DNA of 64,000 nucleotides from Azolla caroliniana (GCA_043228905.1 JBHGNT010000010.1:17670001-17734000), one strand, 5' to 3'; counted from the stretch's first letter, positions 42,919 to 58,205 are shown. Made by a program: numbers and translations. Notes: generated from the letters alone by a model not told the origin.

Positions 42919-43303
42919 AGCTGGCGTTGTCAAACAGACCTTGTCTCGCGGCTAGATCTAGACAGAAGACGATGAGGATGCCAAATGACAATGATATTGA
43001 AGAAGAAGAAGGAGAAGAAGAAGAAGAAGAAGAAGAAGATTACAGTAATGGTAAATGGTAATTTTTTGCAGAAGAATAGTGATGGCGATGATGATGAAGA
43101 AGGAATTTAATGAAGAAAAGAAAGATGCTTCTGATTCTGCTCAAGAAGAAGAAGAAGAAGAAGAAGAGATTGAGGAGGAGAGATCGCAGTTTGAACTGCT
43201 TCTGGTTCTGTTCACTGTTTCAAGCCACTCCTGATTCTGCTCAGAATTATGCGCTGATGTGACTGAAAATCAAGGAGGCGAGAATTTACGCTACTGATGA
43301 TCT

Positions 43304-43335
<32 letters not shown>

Positions 43336-43776
43336 AAGAAGAAGAAGAAGGCTATGGTGGGTGTCGACGAAGGAGGAGAAGAGAAGAGAAGAGAAATTGT
43401 AAGAAGGAAGGGGATGAACAAAATGCGTGCTGTGTTAACACAGCCTTCTGCTCTGCTAATAATCCGCCATGGCTCAAGCTTAGGGTTTTCTTTTGGGAAG
43501 TGTAGGAAGAAGGTCAAAAAACTGTATGTAGCCTAATCGTCTGCAGGGAGAGATGCTGTGTTTGTTCATTTCGGTTTGGGTTTGGGTTTGGATTTCGGCT
43601 TCGACTTCGGTTTCGGTTTCGGCTTCGGCTTGAGTTTGGGTTTGGGTTTAGGGTTAAAATTGAATGTTGTGTGTGTGTGTGTGTACGGGGGCTATCGCTT
43701 TTGCCGCGTTGTCAACAGAAATTTATACGCATACATACATTATTAATAAATTTTTGGTATATAAATTTTGTTCTCT

Positions 43777-43853
43777 TTTTGCTTTTTGCTTTTTGCTTTT
43801 TGCTTTTTGCTTTTTGCTTTTTGCTTTTTGCTTTTTGCTTTTTGCTTTTTGCT
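43777..43853. repeat. (TTTTTGC)n-type heptamer microsatellite; one of many SSRs in the window
   Basis: Direct reading of the repeat. Other SSRs include (GA)n, (CT)n, (CA)n, (GAA)n at 43306-43350 and 52350-52384, and (TACG)-rich 1010-1160. Confidence 0.9.
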
Positions 43854-45449
43854 TCGTCCGTCTCTCCCTTCCCTTCTTATTACAAAAAGAAAAAAAAAAC
43901 CGCGTCTTTCCTTTTTCTTTTCTTGCCCCACATTATTTATTTATTTATTTATTTATGCATTCTCACTCTCTTTTTTCGACTTTTTTGCTCTCATTTGCAT
44001 TTTGCATTATGCATTTACTTATTTGGTTTATTATTATTTTCATTCTCATTTTCAATTTCCGTATTTTTTACTTCCATTTTCAATTTCCTCTTTTTCTTTT
44101 TCTTTTTCCTCTTTTTAATTTTCCATTTCCCCATTTTTATTTTCTTTTTCTTTTTTTGTTCTTTGTTCTTTTTTGGGTTCTCTCTCTCTCTCTGGTCTCT
44201 CTAATTTTGGATGATTTATTACACCTCTTCAATGCGCAGCAAAAGGACGTTGTTTTTGTGTGTGTGTGTACAAATAGAGTTGGATTGCCATTGCCTTGTA
44301 TATTGCATTAGTAAATTTGTCTTCAATCCTTAGTAGACCATGGAACTAACTCTCCCTTTATGCACACACAAAACACATACATTAAGGCTTATGACAGAGC
44401 GAGAGAGAGAGAGAGACACACACACACACACACACACACATCCATTGCGATAACCCCTTTTCTGTTCATCCGTAGAATGTGAAACTAGATAGTATCTTTG
44501 TACCGATCTCGTATCGTTATTGTATCAACTCTTCGCAATATTCATCTCCAACTGTGTCGGCGGAAACCGACTTTGCCAAATATGTCATGGGGAATGTGGT
44601 TTACCATCTTCTGCAAGAGAACGTAAGGATGACAAGATATTGGAAATATGTGCTTTTACCATTCTCTTTCCCTCTTCAACGTTGAGCTCTTCTATAACAC
44701 AGCTCGATGGGGCGTTGGGGCTGGATAGGAGTTGCTCCACCAGTAGTGTTCATGTGTTTAACTCCCTTGGTTAGGTGTGCCCCTATATATTGTTTGTGCC
44801 AAAGATAAGCATATATGTGCTGTTGTTTTCCTTTTTGGGTTGGTGTTTTGGGGGTGAAGAAGTATCCTATCTTGTTTTGTGCCTTTAGACAAGCATATGA
44901 TCATACGAACCATTTGCCTGGGACCTTGTAACAGGTACTCTAATAAGTGAAAATATCATGATTCAATATACAATGCAAACGAAGTGACATGAAATATACG
45001 AGTCTAGGAATATGGTAAGCAAGGAAGGAATATGTGCACCAATGAGTGAAGAACAAAATCCATTAGTGGGTGTGTTATGGTGTTTCTCATTCTATTAAGC
45101 ACTAAACCTTATAAGTGAATCCGTAGAGCCATGCCATTTTCTTTGGTGTTACCTTTTGCTCGTAGAAAAAATGATACATGGGGACCAACTTATGAGCAAC
45201 AATGTGTTGTCATTCTTGTAATAATGTTCGTAAATTTTTAAAATCACAAAGGCGCAAATATAACATAAGAGAAAGCATACTAAAATAAAATAAGTTTAGA
45301 ACAGTTTCCTTGTTAAGCCCATCATGTCTTCCTAAGTGCGCACTTGATTCCTCAAAACTTCAAAGATCATTATGTAAAACATGTTTTTATGTTTATGTTC
45401 CCAATATATGTGAGACACACGAATGCTAGCATACATATACATTGTAAAG

Positions 45450-45800
45450 TAGAAATAAACATCACCTTCATTTTGTTGCTCCATAACTACATCAATGTCC
45501 TCATTATCTTCTTCATCATTATGATTCAACTCTTCTCCATCCATCCTCCTCCTAAAGTGTAGGTGGACTACTTTCTTCCTTGTGTGTAAGCTAATAATTA
45601 TTTCACTTTGCATTGTCAAGTATATAAGAAAGCTGAAACAAACAGATGTTTGTGGCAACAAGAGCTAAGTTATTGGTATTTCCGGTGCCAAAGGATTTCT
45701 CCTCTTGATTGAAATTGTCACCGATGGCTCTAAGCAATCTCTCCATTTATAAAGAGCTACAAGATTGTGATGGAATTTGAATGGCCAATGCGTGCAATTC
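45450..45800 (-). mobile_element. Decayed hAT transposase C-terminal dimerisation-domain remnant
   Basis: Minus strand ELHALAIQIPSQSCSS...ER, then (shifted frame) SIKRRNPL, resembling the hAT LAIRILSQxCSSSxCERNWS...KRRNRL pattern. An acidic tail follows (DEEDNEDID). The element probably extends further upstream. Confidence 0.45.
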
Positions 45801-48800
45801 TTTCTTTGTGAATGAACTATCTTTGGGTTTTCTTTTTATAGTTTTAACTTTTCAATAGTTTCCCCTTTTTTTACCGAGAGTGCCATTCCTTACTAGACTC
45901 CAGACTACAATGTGGTTGGAACTTGGGCATTCATGAGCATTTAGACCCCCTAGGAATGAGATCTAGAACGTGAACCAAAAAATACCCTTTCTTGTTTTCT
46001 CTATTGTTTTTTTCCCACCATTTTTACTTGATCATCTCCGATCCAATGCTAGTGCCACGCCTACCTTACTAGTTTTCGAGGTTGCTTTGCTCAACATTAT
46101 TTGTGATGCCCCTCATGTTTTGAAAGTTGTTAAAACCTCACTGTAAAGGAAATAATACGACAAAGGCATACACTTTGATTACACATTGTCTTTGAGGACA
46201 TAAGATGACATATTGATATAACAAGACAACCATATGCTAAAGTTCAAATTGTGGTTCCTAATTAGTTGATGAGCTAGTGCTTTCTAAAAATCAAATGTGC
46301 TCCTTAGAAAAAGGAACAAACATGTTATTGGTATTGGAAAAAACCAACATAAAGTCATGTAATCTTTTAAATTCTTGGTTTTTTCTATGTTATCTTATAG
46401 AATCAACTAAATGTTAAAATTTGCGGTTGGGGTCAAGCACAGGGTTATGCCTATTATAATAACCACACTAGTCGAGGGAACTACAGGTAAAGTTTGCATA
46501 ATTTCCCCCACTTGGCACGAGATAAAGGATAGGTGATGAACAACATCCACAATCTCCTAGATTCTGTCAACCTTAATCACATGCTAGACATTGCCCATTC
46601 AAGGGGCCATGCCATTCTTTGTATGGTGGAAAGGTGACAATGCCAAAGTTGCAAAGCCATAGTCATAGGAGCTAACAACTAGCTGCACAACTCAATCGAG
46701 AATTGTGAAAAACTTTATTTTGAACATAACATCAAACTCATTGCTCAATGGACTTTTACTCTTTGTATCATGTTTCACTGACAATGTCAGAGTTACAAAA
46801 ACGTTTTTTTTTGTAGAAGCAAACAACTAGTTGCAGGTGAAGAAATTTATAATGAACATAAGATGAAACCCATTGATTGAGATTCAAACTGACAACCTTT
46901 ATGCACAACAAAGTACAAAGTGTTTGGTTTGGCAAATTCCTTATATAACATATAAATCCTAAAATATGATGCATAAAGGCAATCATTTAGAAGCAATGTC
47001 TTGTTTTAGTTTTTAATGGTTAACTTTCACCTTATAAACTAGGCCTTTGCCATATACCACATGGCATATCTTTTGTTTTGTTACTTCAAATATGTTAAGC
47101 CCTTAGCCCTTGCTTTAAGTTCACAAAAGTAATGCTATTGACCAGATTTAATAGTTCTTCCTTATTCAAAAAAATTCATACAAAATAACATTAAATCATA
47201 GGTTTAATATTTCCACACTTACACACCATATGGCCTCACTCCACCAACTTGTGATGCCAACATATGTTCAAATAAATGATTAATAGTGTAATTTGAAAGT
47301 TATTTCATGCGTGGAGTAAGTATTCCTTAGCTAAGTTATTGGTGGAGTTTTAAAGAGCAAGAAGAGTACTCGACTTCCTTTGTATACACCTTCCTACATA
47401 AGAGTATTTATGTTTATCTGATTGACTTCCCCATATAGTAAGGGGCAAAAGTGAAGATAGTCATTGATATTGCGTTTCAGAATTATTGATGTAAGATCCA
47501 TGCATCACTTTTAGAATACCATATTTAATGGTCTTTCTTACTATAGGTTCCATACAAAATGCCATTAAATGGTATAAATGGGTTCATTGAATACTCATAC
47601 ATTTCTGTTATAAGAACCATCTCAAAGAGTAAGACAATGTACTGCCCAATAACCACCCAATCATCCAATATGTATGCAACAACCCGGTTGTTGTTAACCC
47701 CCCCCAATATTACAATTTGTCTCACCACCTTAGGTTAGCATAACATATTGGCCCCTATACTCATGGGTCATAATCCGAAGCGTAAACTATGTAACTCCTC
47801 ATGGATCAAAATATCTAAACTAGTCTCCCAAGCTTAATTTCGTTGGGCAATCCTAACAAATATTTACATTACACATATAGAGGTAAGTCTAGATATACAT
47901 AACATAAAATACAATGTTGATCGTAGCCATCGTCCTTATTGCAGTGATTATCCTTAATTGTAGACCCCAACCAATTCCCAAATGGAAACATTATATCCAT
48001 TATGGAAAGAAGAAGGATAAGCACATCACAAGTGTGAGGATTATTATGAGCTTGGTAGTCGTCCATTTTCATGGCACACGATGCCGATGTTTCGAACAAG
48101 AGTATGACAAACTTCTAACCATCAAAGGAATACAATTTGTTACTCATTCCCCTTGAGCATATAAATTGATGCTTACACATAAGGAACTTCTAGCATTACA
48201 CATTGCAAGTGTTACTATTGGCATATGTTGCACCGAAAAGTAAATTTAACACATATTGCTTTCGGTGATATCAATGTCTAGTTGTGTTCATAAGCTTGCT
48301 AGCTATGTTTTGATGCTTATTGAAAAATAACAGGGTTTGTCATGCAACCATTTGTTGTTATGTGGATGATGATTGAGCCCCTTTTCTTATCTAAGGTGTC
48401 ACACAACGATAGCCAAATATATATGAAAGAGACTTGTAAATATGTAGTAGAGTATCTATAGATACCTAGCGTGTACATAGCCTAATATGTAATGGGAAGC
48501 AATTTTTTCTCGGAAAAAAGAAGAAGTAATTTTAACACAAACATTGTAAGTGTTGATTTGGTGTTCACATTGCTCCACCATAAGTGTGTGTGCCCGCGCG
48601 CATTTCCCCCTTCAATTCATTATTGCACATCAAATTTACATACCTATGCTTGCAATGTGTTATAGTGGTCGTGATTATATCTAATCACATGAAGCAAGTA
48701 GACAATAATATCCTGTTTTTGTTTGCCTATGTTAAATATTGGCTATCTTTACTCGCACACATCGTGATATTTTTGTTGTAGGAATTGTCATGATTATCTC

Positions 48801-51800
48801 AACTCACATGTATGCTTAGTCAATACACACAAGTAAAATTGTATAATATTACCTTACCATTCATGTTCTTGGATCAAGATTATTTCTACTCACAATTCCT
48901 TGATTTTATTGCATAATGATTGTGTATAATCACACTCTAAGTGAGCACTCTAGAGTCCATACAACCATAATTCTTGTCGCATCATGATTATCTCTAGTAT
49001 CTACTCATGTGCATTGGATGAGTTGATTTTAGTTGTCATCATAATTATCTCTATTCATACACATGTTTTTTCCCTCATTGAACTTATATCAATACTCATG
49101 CCAATATCCTAAGTGAGAAATATAATATTGTATAATGTATTTTTGTATGTGTAGCAAGCACTATGTATTCTTGTGTTTTGCTTGCATCATGATTATCTCT
49201 ACTGGCATGCATCTACACTATCATCTCGATTTTTGTTTGCATCATCATTATTATACCAACATTATGCTAAGTGGACAACCCATAGGTTTATGTGATTATA
49301 TAATGTATTGGATTGTGATAGATTACACTCACATGCATGGTAAGTGGGCATACACACTATAATCGTAGAAATTTGTTGCATCCACATTACCTCTATCCTC
49401 ATCTCGGATTTTTTGTATGTCTCATGATTGTCTTGATTCATATGTATGTTGATGGTAAGAGTTTATCTCTATTCCCATGCTTGGTAAGAGAGTACAATGT
49501 GTAATAATGTGTATGCTTGTATTAGTCATCCGTCCTTGTTTGGTATGTGAGTACGTTATAATCATTTAAGTGGTGAAACCCAATGCATGTTTTTTCATGT
49601 ATGCCAGTTGTGGCTTTAAGTGGGCGACTTGCCATTGATTCTATCATCGCCCGCAATGAATCTTGGGTGGAGAAAAACTTCCCTTTTTGCTCCCAATATC
49701 TACATCTCTTAGGCTCTTATGTCGTTATTTATGTGTGTGGGTGATACAACTAGAAGCATCAAGGCACATGCATCCTCCAACATATGTAGTATGCCGCCAA
49801 ATCTTGTTTATGTCAAAAAAAGGCTAAGATTGTTTTGAAAATATGTAATTGTATAGTGAAGTAATGTGGTCCACAAATTAAGATAGAGCATTGCATATGT
49901 TGAATTCAAGTATGTCTTTGGCGTTAAAAAATGCGTGTGCCCAAGTTTATACATATGTTTGTGTGTGCGTGACTCTACATGCATATAAAATATTTACACC
50001 TTTTTCTACACTATGTTTATGTTAACAAGAAGTGATTGATATGCATGTGAAGACCTTATGGTCAAAATGAATTTGTGGCCGAGACAATATGGTTTTGACT
50101 TCGAGGAAAGGTTGAATTTCTTTGGCTATGTTCTCGAGACTAGAAGTATAAGAGATCCAAATTGAAGTCGCTTTGAATTGTAAAATTGACAGGGTAAAAC
50201 AACCTTCGTATTATTGTGATATTTCCACGATTTTCTATTTTATAACTAGTTTTTTATAACATTATGGTACGAAAGTTTTCCATTTCATTGTTCTTGGTTT
50301 CCGTCCACTTAGGAATGTTACTTTCAAATAATGCATGTTTGCATATTCTGCAAATTTCCCTCCAAACGATGAGATGTTTCCTGTCAACACCATAGCCTAC
50401 CATCATCGTCAACTTTACCCTTGATAAAGACGAGAATATAGTCTATGTAGTTTAACGATAACCGATCATGATTGGTCAGTTTCACCTCTAGCTCACTTGC
50501 TCCACCCCATAATTCCTTTGTAGATGTGTTATATACTATGATACCATAGTCTCTTTTGAGAGAAGGTTTAGACCATAACAAATTGCACCTCATCATGCAA
50601 TCGCAGGACTAGGTCTCTATATCATGAAATTAGAGGCATTTACTAGATATTGAAAGACATACCAGTTCCACACAATAGAAAGAAAAAAGGAGTAAACATT
50701 GACCACAAATTGCCTCGATAACATAACATTTGCTCCACAACTCACTTAAGCATGAGTACAGTAAACAAGAGGAAAATGAGCTCAACTAAAGGAGTAAATT
50801 TGGAGAGTGTTGAAGAAGGCAATGTTACAAGATACCCTATACCACCTCGGAAAAGAATGAGACACTCCTCCACAAACATATGTGAATCATCATTATGAAC
50901 TGTTGGAGGTTGTGTCAAGAATCCTAAAGCACTTCACTATAACAATCAGGATGACATGTCTGTCTCATGGGGCTTTCAGATGGGTCAACATGATCAATCT
51001 TACATCACATGTCAAATTCCTTTCTCCCACAAGCAAGAAACCTATATAAAATGGATATCATTCACTCTCGTAGGCTACAATGGCCTAATTTACAAATGTT
51101 AATCGATCTTTTCTTCTTCTTCTTCCCTCTCTCTCTCTCTCTCTCTCTCTTTAAAATCAATCCTCCGCTACCTTCGTCCCTTACTCTCCTCCCTTTAACA
51201 TTGTAATACGAGGCACATGTTTTATACTTCATCGAAAGATTTCTAATCAATACGACAAGTTAATGTAGCTTCATAAGACATGTTCAACATATTAAACATG
51301 AATCCTCAATAGTTTGGTTGCACAAAGAAGAAAGAATGACAATGTTTCGTCTCGAACTATCCTTCATGCACTATGATGTTATCATTTGGGCATTCTTATT
51401 GTTGGTCTCTCTTTGGCAGTCGAAATTTTATCGGTTTCGAGGACAATGTAGATATTCATGACCTACAATATCCACACACAAAAACAAAGTACACATGATT
51501 TATGGCAATGCATAAGAGGTTGAACATGAGTATGTTGTCATTGAAATGGTTATGAGTGGACAACATTTGTGCAAATCCCAAAACATAGGGTGATATAAGG
51601 CCCCTTGTAAGAGTATCGTGTGTGGTATGTTGTAACGAGAACTTAGAGTGCATTTCGTGTTCGCCATGATGATCAACAATGCAAAACTAAACCCCATGTA
51701 GTGCGCGATTGCTATTAATAATCGGCCATGTGACACACAAGGAAATCGTAAGTGTTGTATGTAGAAAACGATAAATAGAACATCGAAAGTTTTATAACAG

Positions 51801-52186
51801 AAACCAAAGGATGGCGATAATGTAAACCTAATGGAAGATGTTCAAGACTGCATGTCTACCACGACAAAGGCAACAATGCAGCGTAGATAAAGAAAGCACA
51901 ACATTGAGCTCCTTGATTGCTAAAGGTGGGACGTTGAGAGTTATAAACTGAGCCCTCTGTTGGGCTGGAGTGTTGTACTTGAAATCGGAACGGCAAAATA
52001 ACTAAGGCCTTCAGAGGTGCACGCCTATTTCATGATGATAGGACACCTATTGCGAGAACAAGAAGGGTTGACAGAAATATCTATCTAGAGTGACGTGATG
52101 TGAGGGTGGTCAACACGCATACACAATGGCACATGGGTGAACAAGAAACACACACACACACGCGCGCACGCACGCACACGCGCACG

Positions 52187-52244
<58 letters not shown>

Positions 52245-52433
52245 ATGTCCCATGTCCAGGGAGAGGGTCAAATAGACATATTAGTCCTAAGCTTCTATTG
52301 AATGAATGACCATGAATCATGATAATAATATTGAATGAATGGCCAATGAGAAGAAGAAGAAGAAGAAGAAGAAGAAGAAGAAGAAACAGAGCATACATAC
52401 TCTTCTTCTAAGAAGAAGAAGAAGAAGAGGGGA

Positions 52434-55269
52434 ATGGCTTCTTCTTCTCTATCTTTCTCCATCACCACCGCCTCACCAGAGCATGGCTTCTTCTTCACCA
52501 ATCCATCAGCGAAATTCCCCCTGAAACTTCCATCGACGAAGATGAGCTCCCTAGGTCTGATCAGATCTCAGTCAGCAACGGCAGACCACACAACGATGAA
52601 CACATCATCATCATCATCATCGTCGTCGTCGTCGTCGTCTAATCAGGTATTATCATCATCATCATCGTCTAATCAGGTAGTCTCGAAATCTCTATCTAAA
52701 TCCGAGGCGGGCTCGGAAGAGGTTCAAGAAGCTCCTGGTTCGACCCAGCAGGGTTGTTCCGTAAAAGATGAGATGTGGAATCAATATAAAGGTAGTCAGC
52801 AACTCTCAAAATGGGCACGATCTCGCAAGATCCGTCTGGGAAGGACGTCAAATAACATGTTACCACCATCTCCATCGCCGACACCGTCAATTCCATCATT
52901 ATCACCATCATCTTCATCATCATCATTACCATCACAGTCATCAGTATCATCATTATTAGCAACACCACCACCACCATCATCGCCATCACCATCACCATCA
53001 ACAACATCACCATTGTTGTCATCATCTCCTCACGATCATGATATCCATACGCTTAACATGGACATAAAACTCGCACATAACAATGATAGTCAGAATGATT
53101 CGTCATCTCTTGAGCAACTGGAGAATGTGATTTATATGGTCTCAGATGGCACTGGTTGGACGGCAGAGCATTGTGTTAATGCAGCTCTGGGACAGTTTGA
53201 GCACTGCCTAGTTGATCGAGGTTGCCCCGTGAATACACATCTTTTCTCTCAAGTAAATATTCCTTCTTTATTTTCCACTTGAATCTTGTCTAGTGACATG
53301 TAATGAATCATGATGATTGATTATATGTTTGTTGTGAAAACTAGTGAAGAAATGGAAGTTATCTTTAATGCTTATGAGCAAAGCACAAGGAAAAGTTGGA
53401 TCAAGCAAATGCTTTTTGATGCTTTTGAAGCAGGAAGAAAATAGAAGCTTTTTAATGCTTATGAGCAAGCATAGATAAAAACAGCCCAACCAAGTGAATG
53501 TGGATTAGGTATTGTGAGTGAATCACGAGGTTTGCTTCACAGAACTTGCTAAGACGGGAAGCGTTTCGTAATGCTTATAGACAGGATAGAGGAAGTTTGG
53601 TTAAATTGAAGCCTTTTTAATACTCATAACAAAACATATGAAAGGTTTGATCATAGTAAAAATAATTATTCATTCTTATGAACAAGACATAGGGAGAGTT
53701 TGATCAAAAGTAAAACTTCGTAACCTTGTGCACATTGAGAAACATCTTGCTAACTCCTCGAAAATCAACGGTCACGTCTTAACATATTTACTAATATGTT
53801 CCTGTTTGTTGGTTCATACCGGATTCGGTCGAAAGTTGAATAAAAATTGAATTTTTTTAATTCGTATGAGCAAACGTGGAAGTTGGATTAAGTAGAAGAG
53901 TTTTTTAATGCATATGGATGAGCATAGGAAAACCTGGATCAAAATCAAATTTTTTTAATGATTATGTTTCAAAAATATTCATAAATCATAGGGAAAGTCC
54001 AATAAGGTAAAAGGGCATGTTGAAATATCTTAAAAAGGCATCTGCTGGGTTGAAATTTGACAGACCCAGTGTTTTCTCCTGACTACTACAAAGAAATGAT
54101 GACAATATATCATAGGTCTGAAATATTTCTGAAACTTGGGCATTAAACAGAATTGCTCAACTTTTTATTTTCTTCCAAAGTTATTTTGACAAAAATATGT
54201 TCATGAATCATGGGTGAGATGCTTTAAAGCTCATTAGAACATATTAGCTTATAATGATTTAGAGATTGTGCAAAAAGTTAAGTTTAATGGATGCGGATGC
54301 AAACTTATAAAATTTCCAATATGCATTAAAACACAATAACTCTATTTTCCTTTCAAATGAAGGAAGGATCTGATAAAGAATGGATTTTATTTATTTGTTA
54401 CATTTCAATTTTGTTGTTAGGTGGTTGATGTGGAACGATTGGTGGAGATCATTAGGGATGCAGGAAAAGAGAATGCAACATTGATCTACACTCTAGCTGA
54501 TCCAGTGTTGGCTGAAACTGCTAAGAATGCTTGCCAATTGTATGGTATAACTCATCTCGATTTACTTGGTCCAATAACTGAGCTACTAGGTGGACACATG
54601 GGTGTTGCTCCTCTAGGGTTACCACGAGGTGCACCAGGTCGGACAATGGCTCTCTCTCGAGAATACTTCCAACGGATTGCAGCTGTTGAGTTCACGATTA
54701 AGCAAGATGATGGAGCTCTTCCACAGAACCTTCACAAAGCTGACCTGGTCTTGGTCGGAGTCTCTCGGACTAGCAAGACACCGTTATCGACTTACTTGGC
54801 CCAAAAGGGGTATAAAGTGGCAAACGTGCCGCTTGTGCTTGGGATCGAACCTCCAAAAGAACTCTTTGAGATCAATCAAAACAAAATATATGCATTGACA
54901 ATCAACCCAAATTTCTTGCATTCCATACGGACGGCGCGGTCGAAAACCTTAGGGCTCTCAGGCTCGATCGTTTATAGTGAAATGGAGCACATAAAAAAAG
55001 AGCTCGAGTATAGCAACAAGCTTTTTGTTGAGAATGCAAAGTGGCCTGTCATTGGTTAGTTTTTTGTCCATCAAATATGTGCAAAGTTATTTACTAGTAT
55101 TTTCCGCTTGAATTGAAAATATGGTCTATTATTGGTATTTTTTTGTTATTCTTATGATCCCCTAGAGGTGACTGGAAAAGCGATTGAAGAGACAGCAGCT
55201 GTCATTTTGCGGATTTATCATGACCGGGAGGGGAAGCATGTCATGCCACGCATTTCTCACCGATACTGA
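52434..55269 (+). CDS. PDRP1: Pyruvate, phosphate dikinase regulatory protein (bifunctional kinase/pyrophosphorylase), chloroplast-type, 3 exons
   Basis: Exons 52434-53252, 54421-55054 and 55166-55269. Ser-rich transit-like N-terminus; [26 protein letters not shown]-loop [18 protein letters not shown] and [12 protein letters not shown]...MPRISHRY*. Confidence 0.95.
53360..53970. repeat. Degenerate minisatellite (about 50-bp unit, about 9 copies) in PDRP intron 1
   Basis: Recurring TTTTAATGCTTATGAGCAAGCATAGGAAAAGTTGGATCAA-like units at about 53364, 53414, 53449, 53566, 53613, 53668, 53853, 53901 and 53950. Confidence 0.7.
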
Positions 55270-58172
55270 GCTTCATATGTTTCTTACATGTAAGCCATCT
55301 AGTGTTAGAAAAGTAAAGGAAAACACATATATGATAATTTTGAAACCTAAATATCAAGATAACCCTAACTTTGTGGATATTCTCTTACTGGAACATTCCA
55401 AAGTCTTCAAAAAATACTAGAATTGCCCCTATGTACTAGTAAATTCTCTACTTCTGGATCTTTTCTTACCGGAATACATATAGGAGTGTTATGGTGTATT
55501 TTAAAAATCTACATATCATGATATTCATGACTTTCTACATATTCTGTTACCAGAATACCCAGAAGTCTTCAAAATGAACCAGAATATCCTTTATTACTAG
55601 TTGGGCTTTTGTACTGAAAGGGTTTTGTGATAAATTTTGAAATCCAATGTATTCAAAATGACCAGAATACCCATATGTACTAGTAAATGTGTTGTTCTAC
55701 AAAGGGGTATTATGTGATTTTTGAAAACCTATGGGTATTTGTATACTAGTAAAAAATAACGTATCCGGAAGTCTAGATGCATTTCAAAATTTTCCCTCCA
55801 CTTGGAATAATTGGGACTAGTCTTATATTGAAGTATCTTTTGCATATATATTACCAGATGTGATTGACAGTTTTTTTTGTGTTTAAAATTCTATGTTTGC
55901 AGAGAGATGCTGACAGTTCTCTTTTATTCTACTCAACTGGAAATTGCGCCGTGTATATATTGTACTGCTACTTTACATGTGCACAAATGCAAAAAAAGCA
56001 CTATGTATATATGTGATAGATACAAATACTTAACAAAAAACAGAGATAAAAGAATTTGAGTTATGCTATCATGAGAAGAAATTCTTCTGAACTTATGTAA
56101 GAATGAAATATTTAGTTTCCGTGCATGTAATATTCTAATCACGTGATCATATCCTTCTCTATCTCATCATGAAAAGATAGCTTTAAAAACCAATACATCC
56201 CCTCACGTTATGAGAAGAGATTCAAGAAAACAAGTATAGATATATGTGTACGATCATGTTTATGTATATGAAAGAAATTTTCAAAGGGGTTGCGGTGAGA
56301 AGTACAATTCAAGGATTTTGTTTGAATATCGAGGATGTTGAGAAAGCTGGTTCTATGGTAAATATTGTATTGTAATTCATGCTACTTGTAGCTCTGACTA
56401 TGTTGATAGATACTTATTGTTACCAAACCTTGCTGTCAATGTGAACTTTTTGAACTCTTGGGCATGTTCTGCATGCAAATCAAGCCATTATTGTACATGA
56501 TAGTAATGAGAACAAACTGAAAGAATGGAATTTTGTAATGACATCGCTCCTGACCCAATGGATCTAAATATTATTTTCCTCATGTATTGTGAAATGCATG
56601 ACTAATTCAGTTTTTTTGATGTACTGAATTGAAAGATGGTTAGAGAGATAGTTATGCTTTTGAATGAGATTCTTTATCATGGGTCATTGCTATGCAATCT
56701 AGTGGAGATATGAAAGTGCGTACTTGGTTGGAACTTTTGTTATGCATTGATTCGTTAGTGGTTCTTTTCAATCTGGGGGAACATATCGATGTTAGTAGGG
56801 GATTCAATTCATGATCACCACTGTGGGTGATCTAGATTACTTTTGCTTATATTTTTATTTTATTATGTGAAGCTAGGAGGCATTTGTGTTGCTATGCAGA
56901 GTAGTTCGACAATTTTGGTCTTCAATCTTCCGGTCTCATTGCATCCATGTGGTAGCATATCATCATGTCTAGTTAATGTTTTGCATATTGAATAATTAGC
57001 ATTATTCTGTTTTCACAATAATTCTGAAGCAATAAGATATCCATTGCTAGACTTTTTCAAAATTTTGAATTGGTTTCCTTCCTTGACATAAAAGATAATG
57101 CATTATGCTCTTTATTGATGAAAGAAACATGCATGTATATATAGGAACATGGGAGCTCATTAGTGAAACGTGTGTATATATATGCTAACAAATAATGACA
57201 GTGGAATATAGATTTCATGTTTTGTGGATATTCGTTTTATATAATTCACAAGATAGGCTGCATGCAGTACACATTCAATGGATGTATGTATTCGTGCTCT
57301 TCAAAATGAGTTGACAGACTTAATAGACAAGTGAAACAAAGATACATGGAGCACAAAATGAGCACAAACCATACTATACACAAGGGAAAATTGTACATGT
57401 GTTTGTGTACATGCACTCCATACAACATAAATATACAAGCAACATAAATAAATGTCCACATGTTTATCACCACATAAAGGAGAAACAGCCAATGCATGCA
57501 CAAATGATGCTCAACAAAGCACACATTGATACAATTATGAGAATCCTACATTCCATTTACATGCATGCACGTGTGCAAACAATGATGCTACAATTATACT
57601 CATAATTTTTATTTATTTATTTATCTTGATGCCTAATGGCATAATTATGCGAAATTACACATTGTATCCATAACCTATACCTAATTCTAATGCATAGTTA
57701 CGTTGCATAATTTCATGTAATTGTGTTTTGATTATCTCTTAATTATGCGCAATTAATGCATATTACATATAATATGCCTTGTTTTGACTCCTAATAAAAA
57801 CTTAGTACTCATGTAACAAGCACATATATGACGCATACTTTTTGTTTCTAACGAAGCCTCATTACACCACCAGAAACCTGATAGCGAGGTCACACACAAA
57901 CACACACATAGACACAAACACGTAGTTTTCCTATTGGTAATGACAATGCATAATATTTATGGCGGGAAACATTGAAGTGAGACACACAAACAGTAGAATA
58001 CACATGGTCACACTTTTCTTCAACCAATTGCAAACAAGTCTTTGTCGATGTCGCATCGTTCTCTTGCATTTTGTTTGCGCGTGAATCACAAGGATAGGTG
58101 GAGTTATAGGAACCAAGAGTATGGGGTCATGCTGAGTCATGGAAAAAGTGCACTAGAATTATTGTTCTATTT

Positions 58173-58205
<33 letters not shown>

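Noticed and set aside
43212-44311. ORFs rich in F/L/C or K
   Set aside because: Translations of (GAA)n, (TTTTTGC)n and T-rich tracts in the peroxidase upstream region.
50960-51420. TATA box, TGTCTC and Y-patch suggesting a MIRNA or lncRNA promoter
   Set aside because: No recognisable conserved miRNA, hairpin or ORF found downstream.
53360-53970. CRISPR-like repeat-spacer array
   Set aside because: Units are degenerate along their whole length, with no constant repeat and unique spacers; eukaryotic intron with no cas genes.
55317-55797. Mutator-MITE-like segment with ACCAGAATACCC/TACTAGTAAA repeats after PDRP
   Set aside because: Probably an old MITE, but no TIR pair or TSD could be fixed.
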